DNA from: Zygnema circumcarinatum SAG 698-1b
Lineage: Eukaryota; Plantae; Zygnematophyceae
Assembly (NCBI GenBank): GCA_037447605.1
Contig: CM074822.1
Coordinates: 1,890,518 to 1,954,517, forward strand
Length of the DNA stretch: 64,000 nucleotides
Reading direction: 5' to 3'
Under the pieces are notes generated by a model, which made no database searches, was not told the DNA's origin, and saw only the letters and a list, made by a program, of their open reading frames with translations. Shown here one piece after another: positions 25,393 through 37,772 of this stretch. The position numbers and the translations under genes are program-made. Within the stretch, counting starts at the first letter, position 1. Each line of letters starts with the position of its first letter.

Positions 25393-28300
25393 CTATGAGA
25401 TGCCGGCAGGTGCCTCGATGGCTGTTGATGTGTTCGTCCCTGTTTTGCCGTTCAAAACAGTCACATTTCCCTCTGAATCGACATCGATGATGGCTGAATC
25501 GCCCTCCTTGATCTCCCCCGAGAGCATGCGCTCAGCCATGCTGCAGCCGGCCGTGCCCACAGAACAGTCAGTAATCGCGGCCAACAGAGCATGTACCATC
25601 ATCCCGGAGCAGCAGCCGCACAACATTACACCATAAAAACAAAGTCCAAAACCAGACGTGCCCGAATCATAGCTGAAAAACTGCAACACCCTCGTTCAAA
25701 CTTAATCTCTACAAAATTGCTCTCTTGTGGGTGAGGGCTTTCGGAGGACAGCCAGCCACCTGTCCTCGAGGAGTCGCATGATGGCCCGTCGGAGGGGCCG
25801 CGCTCCATAGCTCGGACTGTAGCCCTCATCCACCACGCGCTCCCTGAAGCGCTCCGTCACCTGCAGAACGATAGCCGAGGACACCTCCGAACATCAGCCG
25901 GAGACTAAAGTGACCCAGTGGCTTGTGGATCAGCCTTTCAAAATACGTTATGCTCAGAGTTTGATAAGCAATGACGGCATCCCAAAACGGCTGAGTCTAG
26001 TTTGAATGGAGGCAGGACTCACCTGCAAATCAATATCTTTCTTCGCCAACCTCTCAAAGATTTCCTTCAACATGATATCCGCAATCTCCTTCACTTCTGA
26101 CTTTGTCAACTGCCTGAACACGATGATCTCATCTAGCCTGTTCAAGAACTCGGGTCTGAAGTACTGCTTCAACTCCTCATTCACCAACGTCTTGATACGG
26201 TTGTAGCTGCTGTCCTTCTCGCCATAATCAAGCTGCAAAATGGACCACGAATCCCATCACGCAGAGCAAGGTCTACAATGCAACCATTGAGCAGGCCTTC
26301 ACCATTCACAATATTCATTATGTCTCTCAAGCACATCCATCCCTGCGCCCCTACACGCACTCAGGACTTGAGGGGACACTTCAGCAATACATATGCTTCC
26401 ACTCACCTGGAATCCGATGCCACCTCCGCCCTTTTCAATGACCGATGAGCCGACGTTGGAAGTCATGATGAGGAGAGTGTTCTTAAAGTCGACAGTGCGC
26501 CCTTTGCTGTCAGTCAATCGCCCATCTTCCAAGATCTGTTGCCACCAGCATGTCCATCGGGACCACCATCAATGGTCATGGCCTGATACCCGCATACTGT
26601 TATTGGAATTGCATTGCCGATTCCAGAGTCGTCAAAGTCTAAAGTGGTTGAAATAACCAACTATAACTGGAGCCACGCTGAATGGGAAACCCTATAGAAC
26701 TTCCAAACATATAAAATGATTCCCAAAAAAAAACAAGCTGAAAACTCTCATACAAGTCTCTCACTGGCCGCTTTTCCGTAACAAAGTGCACACACAGAAA
26801 GGTAAGGACCATGGCCACCCCTCTTTTTTCCTGATCGAGGTAAGAAACTTTCCCAAGGATTGAATTAAAGACACAGAAATACTGGACTGCAATAAAAACA
26901 ACACTCCACTACAAAAACCCACTTGCAAGAGCGCCATAGCCCTGCTTTTCAGTATGTTATGAGAACACAGAGCTAACATCTGCTTATCAGAACTAAACCG
27001 CTGAACTCCTTTACCCGAGAATAGCAGGACTAGCCAGCCACACGTGAAGTCTCACCTGAAGCATCATGTTGAAAACATCGGGATGCGCCTTCTCAATCTC
27101 GTCAAACAAAACAACGGTGTAGGGCCTCCTGCGGACCGCCTCCGTCAGCTGCCCGCCCTCGCTGTAGCCGACATAGCCTGGAGGTGAACCAATCAGCTTC
27201 GACACTGTGTGTCGTTCCATGAACTCGCTCATATCCAATCGCACCATAGCCTGCTCGAAAAAAGAGTCACCTTTGAGCATAAATACAAAGCAATCCACTG
27301 TGCTTAATTAAGCAGTATAGATGCAGGGTTGATGGCATCGTTTAGGTTTAGAAGATGGATAAGAGTAATGATACAACCAAAACAGATACAATGCATGAAC
27401 AGCCCACGCTTACCTCCTCTGAACCAAAGTAGTATGATGCCAAAGCTTTGGCCAACTCTGACTTGCCCACGCCCGTGGGTCCGGAGAAAATAAAGCTTGC
27501 AATTGGTCTGTTCGGGTTCTTCAGTCCAACTCGAGCACGTCGAATGGCACGGCTGCGAGTAAAGACAAACAAATAATACCCACCAAGCTCTCTAGATCAG
27601 AGCTGACCAACAAAAGAAGCATTCAAGGGCCACTTCACCACTTGGCTAAAACAAGGTGTTGAGCCCTCCACCCTAGTATTTCGGAGTGGACGACCATGCC
27701 GTTGCAGATTGAATAGCCGTTGGCATAGGATTCAATTGTACCTGATAGCCTTGACTGCCTCGTCCTGTCCAATGACGCGCTGGTGAAGGGTCTCCTCCAT
27801 CTTAAGCAGGCGGTCGCTCTCATCCGTGGACACCTTCTCCACGGGAATGCCGGTCCACGCGGACACGATCTGCTGAATGTCCGCCTCCGTCACCATGGGG
27901 CCCTCCTCGCGAGCCTCGTTCTCCGCCTTGGACTTCTCCTTGCCCTTCTCCGTCACCGACGCGATCTGAGCCTTCAGCTCCATCTCACGGTCGCGGAGCT
28001 CTCCAGCCTGCAACGATTCATTCCAAAAGCGTATCAAAGTCCTGCAATTCTTTGTTCCATTTGAGTGGGGAAGGCTGCCTTTTCATGCACCGTCGTTTAT
28101 GGCAGAATGCTCAAAATATGCAACAAAAGTACAACACCAAGTAGTCCGCGGATGACGAGCTCATTTAGCTCACAGAAACTGTCACACTGAAGCTGTGACA
28201 TTGAAGGAAAGTCGGGCTAAAAAATCCCATCCGCGATTATCAAGTGCGAAGTAGCAAAATGCGAAGAAGTCCCTCACACACACCTTCTCAAAGTCCTGAC

Positions 28301-31300
28301 TGCGAACTGCTTCGTTCTTTTCCTTAGTGATAGCACGCAGCTGCTTATCGAGCTCCCGAGCCTCCTCCGGCACCTGAAATTGGATCATTGTGGTTAATTC
28401 ATTGTTCCTGTCAAAAGAGCTGCAGACCGAAAAACTGCTGGATACTATACATTGCATATTCAGCTTATATATATGAGTTTATTTGGACAATCTCAGACAT
28501 GCACTATCCCTGTATCCCTGTTTGGCTTATGGCCCCCCTCCAATTCATTCCCTTTCCAGACAAAGGCCCATCCATATAATTGATGTGGCGGGAGTTGTAT
28601 CGCACTCTGGCATCGGCCAGAAAAAGTGTTCAGCACTACACATAGATAGCTGGAAAACACGCATCACCTACCCTACAATCGACGGTTCAAATTCAACTGA
28701 AGCAGTAACGAAATGAATTTCGTGTCAGAAAAAAAAGCAGCCGGCACCACGATCTTCATTCCTCTCGCGCTCAGACCATCCTGAACGAGACGAGACACGT
28801 GGCAAGCCCGCCTCACCTGCGCGTGACGAAGGCGAACGCGAGAACCGGCCTCGTCGATGAGATCAATAGCTTTGTCGGGTAAAAAGCGGTCACTGCATGA
28901 ACACAGATTAAGCGTAGCCTTAGTCTGTGTGAAAATGAAAGAGACGAGAGGTGAATTCAGATCGACAAGCCAGATGGAATAGCACAAGCTAACAGTCCAG
29001 AAAAGTTCACAAGCCCCCACCTGATGTATTGGTAGGAGAGCTGGGAAGCAGCCACCAGTGACTCATCGGTATAACGCAGCTTGTGGTGAATCTCATAGCG
29101 CTCACGCAGCCCCTTGAGGATGAGAATGGTCTCCTCAACCGTCGGCTCCGGCACCTGCCGCAATGAACAGCAGCTTACACATAAGGATGTTTCTTGGCAT
29201 CATAACCTGCATCCAGCAATCAGCACTTCTTGCAGGCCCTGTTCATTCCCACTTGCTGGACAACATCCAGGCATGTCCAACCTAAAGACTTTGCACTCAA
29301 ATTGACAAATACGACAATCCAGTAAAAGCTTCAGCAAAAGAACTAGACATCCTTGTAAGCAAATCTGCCAGAATCGAGCTCCATTGTTCGAGCCTCACAA
29401 CAAGCAGACGTTTATCTAACTAAACATCAGCAGAAGGTCACAACTAACTAAACACTTGTCAGACAGCTGACCAAGAGAAGTTCTCGACTTCCGCGACCAC
29501 AATAAAAGAAACTTTCAGGCAGATACCTGCACAGGCTGGAAGCGGCGCTCAAGAGCAGGGTCTTTCTCGATATGCTTGCGATACTCGTCCAGCGTTGTAG
29601 CACCGATGCACTGCGTAATCAATTGCCATCCCAGTGTCCGTTAGAAGAAATTCAAACAAGCAGTCTTATAGACGGACATCAACTTCACAGAATATCAACA
29701 ACGTAAGAACGAACTTCCTTAAAAAGAAAACGAATGCCAAAAAAGTACCCAGAGTGCATATACTACATGAGGACATCCATAACATCAACATTCTAGACGA
29801 ACCACAATCCTGAAATCCTTAAAAACCCACATACAGCATGTCCTTGCATAGCTCTCCACATACAGAGAACAACAACTGCATACAGAGCATGTGGCCCCGC
29901 ATGTATAAAGCGTATGCGTAGTGGGTTAACAGTACTTTTCTAAACACTACTTCGAATAATCATCCATCATGCCGTCCCCATCCGGTCAGACGTCAACTGC
30001 AAAGACCACGCAATTCAACCCGACAGCCTAAGCTACGATTGCGGAGTAAGTGATGAAGTTCAATACATACCTGCAGTTCTCCACGAGCCAAAGCTGGCTT
30101 AAGAATATTCGCAGCATCAATAGCGCCCTCGGCAGCTCCCGCCCCGATAAGAGTATGGACCTCATCAATGACAAGGATGATGTCATCAGCCTGCTTAATC
30201 TCCTCCATCAACTTCTTCAATCTCTCTTCAAATTCTCCTCGGTACTTAGTACCGGCGACAAGCAACCCCATGTCTAGCGTAATAACCTGCGCCATCGTAA
30301 GCAGTGATATGAGCGTGCTGCCCTCAAAACTCACATCAGAAACACGCAATCGAAATCAAACGAGTTGAGAACTGGAAAGCATACAAAAAGCAGACACCTC
30401 ACCTTCTTGCCTTCGATCGTCTCCGGGACATCGCCGCTGGCAATGCGCTGAGCCAGCCCCTCGGCAATTGCCGTTTTGCCCACTCCGGGCTCACCGATGA
30501 GGCAAGGGTTGTTCTTCGTGCGGCGACCAAGAATCTGAGTCACGCGCTCAATTTGAGCTTGCCTGCCAACAACGGGATCCAACTTTCCCTGCAAACAAAA
30601 CCCACCATGAGTGCAACAGGTAAAATCTAGCAATTCGCTATTTTAGTGAAAATTTAGGCACATCGCAAAATCTCCAAAGAGAATACGTTTATGTGATTAG
30701 AAAGACGAAGGCAGCACAATAATAGTGTCTGTGTAAAGCAAGATAAGCAGTGCCTCTCTGAAAGCGGATATTTCTGTTCATCCGCAATCTATCCATACAC
30801 TAAGAACCTACCCTTAACAAAAACAGATCAAAGCCAGTTCACCCCTATCGATAAAAGTAAAGTTGGTATGCTTATGAGAACATTTCACGTATCCCATTAC
30901 AATAGGGTTCAGAAGTGTCATGCTCACATCTTCTGCAAGCTTTGTGAGATTAGTTCCATATTCCTCCAAAGTTGGCATTTTATTGCTGCTGCTCCCTCCA
31001 CCGACACCAGCACCAACAGCCTCCGTGCTCTCCCCAACCATTCGGATAACCTGAACATTATAAAGACCCAATTAAAAAGCAACCAATGAGACCTAAAATC
31101 TCTGAGGACACGACACGGAGGTGGGGATATACGGCCTCCGTAAACCTATATCATTCTACTTTCTAAAATGACATCCGCTAACGGTAACGGCGTTTCGTGA
31201 TACCATGTCGTCGGGCTCCATTTTCTAAATGACAAAAACAATCCTGCTTCAGAGAATAACTAACCAATGCAGACATGACTGATTATGAGTCCTTCCACAC

Positions 31301-32705
31301 CTGAGTACGAATATTCGTCGGATCAGCACCAAGGTTTTCCAGAACCCTTGCCGCAACCCCCTCTCCCTCGCGCAACAAACCCAGCAAGAGGTGTTCGGTA
31401 CCAATGTAGTTATGACCTACAGGACAATACGAAAACGCAAAAGAAGGCTTTATTAGAATACACTCCATCCCAGCCAGTCAGTCTGCTCCTCAACGCAGGC
31501 TGTGTCACTGTTGACCCACAGAGACTATTTTCTTTTCATTAGTAAGTGAAAGCCAGCAGTGGTGTACCGAGCTGACGAGCTTCCTCCAAAGATAACTCCA
31601 ACACGCGCTTTGCCCTAGGAGTGAATGGGATCTCCACCGCCACAAACCCTGAACCCCGTCCAATGATCTTCTCTACTTCCACACGAGCTTCCTTCAAATT
31701 CACTCCCATGGATTTGAGAACTTTGGCCGCAATTCCAGTGCCTTCCCCAATGAGTCCCAGAAGGATCTGCTCCGTCCCTACAAAGTTGTGACCAAGTCGG
31801 CGAGCTTCTTCTTGGGCAAGCATAATCACTTTGATGGCCTGCATACCGTGTACTTCCAGAAGAGTGTAAGTAGGAGAACAACCAGCAGATGGAACAGCTT
31901 GACAATTATAAAAAAAAGCCGGAATCTCGCGCTGTCAGTAAAACCAACATTCACTTGTGATACAAAATTGCAACCCGAGAGACATGCCAACTTAGCAAGA
32001 CGAAAAGGAAAGATTAACATCATCGTCTAATGATATTTTCAATTGAAGGTGAGGATAAATTGCTCAAACTAAACAGCCCAGTGAATGTACAATTCCAAAT
32101 TAACGGCAACAAGTGACTGCAGATCGAGTACAGCGGATGCAACTGCGAACCACGTACATACATTCGGCAATGTCAAAATTGGAAAACTACCTCACGGATC
32201 CATACTGACCGAGAGAATATCTACAATTGCCCTTCGCAAATAGATTCAGAAGGAAAGCGTTCAGCAGCAGAGATCATGGATTCCTCATGCGGCATTACCT
32301 TTACCTGACTAATCACTTCAAGACTGCAGAAATAGGGTAAACGACCCATCATCGTCAGTGAATTGGGTGTTCATTTCCTGTTCAGCAGTAGTGGCACGAG
32401 AGCAGTACCTTTTCTGTGAAGCGCTCGAACATCGCAGTGGTGACCCCTCTCCTCTGGCCATGGCTGCGAGGGACGGCGCTCACAGCGGCTGCGACAGTCG
32501 ACTGGAGACTCCTCGCAGGGCGGGACCCGGCCGCGTCAACTGCAGCGGTGCGGCGCAGGCCCGAGAACCCCGCACTGCAGCTCGGGAAGGAGCTTCTCGC
32601 AGCAGCGGCCCTGCGAGCCTTGCGGCAGCCGCGCGGCTGAACGCTGTTCACAAGGCCAACTGTGATTCCCTGGAGAGCAACCGACTGGGCCAGAATTCCC
32701 GCCAT
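25393..32705 (-). CDS. CLPC: Chloroplast Hsp100 chaperone ClpC
   Basis: Transit peptide, AMFERFTEK|[29 protein letters not shown], Walker A GEPGVGKT and [44 protein letters not shown]; ends EAPAGIS*. Confidence 0.97.
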
Positions 32706-34643
32706 ATTCTCTTGTCCGGACTTGGACTTATCTTCTACGACCTAGCCAACTGTCACCGTTCTCCAATCACACTCTCAAATTCGACGCACGCCTGCAACAA
32801 CAAGAAAATGACAATTGCATCAACAAAAAGAGGACATGGACTGCGAACGCAGGAATACATTGACATGCATTGACCTGCCAGCTCCCTCGACGCAAAATCC
32901 CTCGACTGAATTCAATTTGCGGTCTCGATTGGTCGTTTAAGTCACCCAAAGCGTCCAAGATAGCTCTGCATATCCTCCTGAATTCCCCACTCCTCTCCCC
33001 AGACCTCCGTGCTCAGACTACAAAACGAGACTCAAAATCTTAGAGACATTCTCCTGAATCAGAGTGCCTTTCAGAGTTTCCCCAGACGTAGCTCAAGGGC
33101 CTTGCTCCTGCATGAGATGGCATCCTTGAGAAACAGCAGCTAGGCCGCCGAAAAGAAGAAGGGCCTAGGGCGCGGACCTGCGGCAGCGCACCGGTGCAGC
33201 AGAGCGGCCCTCCCTCCCTGCGGACAGAGCAGAGCTCTCTCGGGCGGGCGGGTTCTCTTGCCTTCCCTTCCCTTCCTACAGGATCCTCCCTGCCTCCGTC
33301 CCTCAAGCTCGGCCGGAGCGCAGCTGAGAGGAATCTGCCTCGTGGAGAAGGGACCAGATGAGATGGCGTCCGCTGCGCGCCTCTGCGCCGTCCGATGGCG
33401 CCCTCCCTCCGCCCATCGACGGCCGCGCGGCGGCCACGCGGGGGGCCACTGCACACGCGCGGGCAGCGATCCGACGGCCGCGCGCGCAGTTCCTTCCGCC
33501 CGCACGCAAGGCGACGTGGCGCACGGGGGAGGGCGACGTGGCCGTCTGCCCGCCGTCGGATGGATGGCACGAGGGATGGGATGGGACGGGATGCCGACCG
33601 GCGCTGCCGGCCGCCCGCCCGCCACGGAGCCCGGCCGGCCAGCAACGGCCGGTACGGTCCTGTCCCGGCCCGCCTCGACTGGGGCCGACTGATGACGAGA
33701 GTGCGAGTGGTTCCTTTAAGAGGAGGGACGGGAGTGCGCAGACAGGCAGGCAGACAGGCAGACAGGTCTATGTTGCCGCGTTTATTTCAAAAGAGGACAG
33801 CGCAACTTCTCACGAGAGCGAGGGAGTGCCTTGATGCACGTTCGTTGTGTCTCTAGGGCCTCTACTTCCTCTACTTCCATCTGCAAATTTAAACGAATAC
33901 CCTAAAAAGCAATCCTCCCTGCGCCCTGCTACATACTCCATGCACTATGTACAACTGCAAGCTTTTGTTCAAAGCAACGGTGGAAGCGACCCACTTCCAC
34001 AAAATAACTTTGGCAAACGATCGCCACTCGGCCACTTCGCCCCGCCCTCATAAAAAGCGTTTCCTCCGGAAGGCAAAATAGGTTGCGCAAAAGAATGGCA
34101 CGGATGCATTGTCGCCGCGGAAGGCAACCCTCCAAACAGCACAGCCGCTTGAGCAGATAGACAGCGCGCTCTGCAGCCGCTAGGAGGGGCAGGAAAGGAT
34201 GGCAGACAGGGGAAGCTCGAATTCGAGTTCTCCCAGAGCTTACGATGCCATATGTGCATTTGAAGGTTGGTACAGAGTACGCCATTATGCAAAAGCATAC
34301 TCAAAATGAGAGATCAAGTATGAAAACCCACGAGCAGGCTCCATGTGAACGGTACTCCGGGCCTGCTCGCCACTCTCTTCTCCAGAAGCTTCATAGCCTC
34401 CTGCCACCGCTTCGCTCTGACTGCCGCCACACAGAGGAGCTCCTCAAAAATGTCCAACTGCTCGTCGGAGCCGCCAACAGGCTGCGGCCCTATGCACGCC
34501 ACTGTCCACCTTTAGCTGCCACCACGGATGGGGCACAACAGGCATGCAAGGGATACAGAGTGGAAGCGGGGAAACGACAGAAGCAAGAAAGAGATGAGGC
34601 AGAGAGAGGGGGGGAGGGAGAGGGAGAGAGAGAGAGAGCGAGC

Positions 34644-34674
<31 letters not shown>

Positions 34675-35835
34675 AGAGAGACCGGGAGAGGGGGAACGAG
34701 TGGAAAGGACTAGGAGCAGGTCCAAGTTGAGTCAAAGCACCTTGGATGCAATTCCAACTGCTAAAATGACATTTGAGTACATACAGCTGATACTGGATAC
34801 TAACTTCTGAATGACAAGGTGAGCGTAGTGGTTCGACAAGAAAGGAACACTGCGAGAGTTGTTACCTTGAGCTGTTTCGCAGAAAGGCTGAATGGATGAC
34901 AGTCTGTAAAGCCCCTCGTAATCCCCCCCACCGAATGCAGCCATGGCCCTCGCCCCGCTTCGCCGGCCTCCCTCTGCATATGAGCAGAGAGACCGGCATT
35001 GCAGCAGGGCTGCTGCTGCCGACCGGCCTCGCTGCAGAGGGAGGAGACGGAACTCACTCAGTTGCTTCACGCAATGTCTCCTCACAAAGCCATGTGGCGA
35101 TGAATGTGATCTCTTCTTATCTTTGGAATGCACATCAGAAATGCATCACATGAAATCATGTAAGTCGAGAGGAAGCTCATTGCAAAAAATCGATGCTAGA
35201 CTCCGGCACTAGCCTCAATTGCGCAATGTAGGTTCCGCGTGCTATTAAATATGCAAGAGATCTACTTGAAGACGATTATCAGCTGACTAAAACACAGGAG
35301 CCACACTGTAGAAGTTTGTGACAGTGGGAGGAAGGTCAGCACATGATAAATGTGACAAAACTGTAGGCCAGAGGATAATAAATAGATATACGATGGCAAC
35401 AGAATGCTAGTCTATGAATTACTGTTAATATGTAGTGTATTGAAAGCACATATTGTTCAATATGATAAGCGTTCAATCTAGTATATTGTCAAGCATAGCA
35501 TGTGGATAATCTTTTTTTTAACAAAATCACACATGAAAAGTATCATTGAAGAAAGAAATACATCCTTAAATGGTTTATCATGTTACAATGCTACAAGGTG
35601 AAATCAAATTCTTCTTAAAAATAATATATTATGAAAGTTCTTTCAAATTGTCTTTTTGATTTTATGTTTTGGTACACTAAGGACTTAAATATAATCAAAT
35701 CAATTTACAATTTATTTCTTCGGTAATCAAATCAATTGTTATTCATTCTGCTAAGAATACGAAGTGTGTTTTCATGTTACAAAAGCATTCTACTCAAGGA
35801 ATGAATTGAATATGCTTGACAGTAAAATAATAACA

Positions 35836-35884
35836 TTGACTCTAGATAGCAATTGTCCACTGGACACTTGCTATCTAGAGTCAA
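35836..35884 (-). terminator. Plastid-type 3' stem-loop downstream of rbcL (second copy 37168-37216)
   Basis: TTGACTCTAGATAGCAA...TTGCTATCTAGAGTCAA inverted repeat ~45 bp after the rbcL stop. Confidence 0.75.
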
Positions 35885-35928
35885 CTTGTGCTGTGTGTCT
35901 AGAAGTTCGTTAATGAATTTGAAATAAC

Positions 35929-36088
35929 TTACAAAGTGTCAATGGTATCAAATTCGAATTTAATTTCTTTCCAAACTTCACATGCTGCTGCTAGTTCAGG
36001 ACTCCATTTGCAAGCCTGACGAAGTACATCGTTACCTTCGCGAGCAAGATCACGACCTTCATTACGAGCTTGAACACATGCTTCTAAT
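35929..36088 (-). pseudogene. rbcL: rbcL 3' fragment, copy 1
   Basis: [52 protein letters not shown]. Confidence 0.95.
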
Positions 36089-36152
36089 NNNNNNNNNNTC
36101 ACAGAATGAATTTTTTAATTATTATGCTATACAAAATGTTTATTCTACTATA

Positions 36153-36455
36153 TTACCAGCTAGCTTTTGTTACCCCGGGCAATAGACAAGCATGTGCCAT
36201 TTCTCTTAATACGTGTCTTGATAATTCAAAATCTCTGTAGATAGCTCTAGGTCTGCCAGTGACAAAACAGCGTCGACGAACACGATTATTTGCGCTATTA
36301 CGAGGTAAACTTTGTAGTTTTCTTTGAATGTTCCATTTTTCTTGAAATGAGGATGCCTCCTTAATCATTTCTTTAAGTGAATTACGAACAGAAGAATACT
36401 TTTCTGTAAGTGCTCTTCTTTTTTTATCTCGCTCAATACTACTTTTTTTTGCCAT
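36153..36455 (-). CDS. rps14: Plastid ribosomal protein S14, intact ORF, copy 1 (within plastid insert)
   Basis: [13 protein letters not shown]...[51 protein letters not shown]. Confidence 0.95.
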   Translation of the reverse strand: MAKKSSIERDKKRRALTEKYSSVRNSLKEMIKEASSFQEKWNIQRKLQSLPRNSANNRVRRRCFVTGRPRAIYRDFELSRHVLREMAHACLLPGVTKASW

Positions 36456-37260
36456 ATTAGTTTTTTCACATCCAGAATTATGAAAATTATGTGTACATGC
36501 GATCAATGCTTTCATTTTTGACTTATTATCCCTTTGAATTCTATACCTATTATTGAGTCAAAATTTATTGGCTGTTTCAACACCAAATTCAAGCATAAGG
36601 CAAGGACTTATGTGTGATGCTTGAGTTAATACATAACACATTTGTATAAGTGATACTATAAATTTTACTACATTGAGAAAAGATTTATTTTCTATGTTGA
36701 TCCACACAACATAAATGTAAGCGCTATATCTTAAAATGCTAGTCTATTAATTACTATTAATATTTAGTGTATTGAAAGCACATATTGTTCAATATGATAA
36801 GCGTTCAATCTAGTATATTGTCAAGCATAGCATGTGGATAATCTTTTTTTTAACAAAATCACACATGAAAAGTATCATTGAAGAAAGAAATACATCCTTA
36901 AATGGTTTATCATGTTACAATGCTACAAGGTGAAATCAAATTCTTCTTAAAAATAATATATTATGAAAGTTCTTTCAAATTGTCTTTTTGATTTTATGTT
37001 TTGGTACACTAAGGACTTAAATATAATCAAATCAATTTACAATTTATTTCTTCGGTAATCAAATCAATTGTTATTCATTCTGCTAAGAATACGAAGTGTG
37101 TTTTCATGTTACAAAAGCATTCTACTCAAGGAATGAATTGAATATGCTTGACAGTAAAATAATAACATTGACTCTAGATAGCAATTGTCCACTGGACACT
37201 TGCTATCTAGAGTCAACTTGTGCTGTGTGTCTAGAAGTTCGTTAATGAATTTGAAATAAC

Positions 37261-37435
37261 TTACAAAGTGTCAATGGTATCAAATTCGAATTTAATTTCT
37301 TTCCAAACTTCACATGCTGCTGCTAGTTCAGGACTCCATTTGCAAGCCTGACGAAGTACATCGTTACCTTCGCGAGCAAGATCACGACCTTCATTACGAG
37401 CTTGAACACATGCTTCTAATGCAACACGGTTTGCT
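37261..37435 (-). pseudogene. rbcL: rbcL 3' fragment, copy 2
   Basis: [16 protein letters not shown]...EFDTIDTL*. Confidence 0.95.
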
Positions 37436-37469
37436 NNNNNNNNNNATACAAAATGTTTATTCTACTATA

Positions 37470-37772
37470 TTACCAGCTAGCTTTTGTTACCCCGGGCAAT
37501 AGACAAGCATGTGCCATTTCTCTTAATACGTGTCTTGATAATTCAAAATCTCTGTAGATAGCTCTAGGTCTGCCAGTGACAAAACAGCGTCGACGAACAC
37601 GATTATTTGCGCTATTACGAGGTAAACTTTGTAGTTTTCTTTGAATGTTCCATTTTTCTTGAAATGAGGATGCCTCCTTAATCATTTCTTTAAGTGAATT
37701 ACGAACAGAAGAATACTTTTCTGTAAGTGCTCTTCTTTTTTTATCTCGCTCAATACTACTTTTTTTTGCCAT
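37470..37772 (-). CDS. rps14: Plastid ribosomal protein S14, copy 2
   Basis: Protein identical to copy 1. Confidence 0.95.
   Translation of the reverse strand: MAKKSSIERDKKRRALTEKYSSVRNSLKEMIKEASSFQEKWNIQRKLQSLPRNSANNRVRRRCFVTGRPRAIYRDFELSRHVLREMAHACLLPGVTKASW

Noticed and set aside
35982-36185. + strand [14 protein letters not shown]... (also 37314)
   Set aside because: Antisense of the rbcL 3' end.
36456-36515. 20-aa N-terminal extension on rps14 as a possible acquired transit peptide
   Set aside because: Plastid-like AT-rich upstream sequence, identical in both copies; no nuclear promoter or targeting features.
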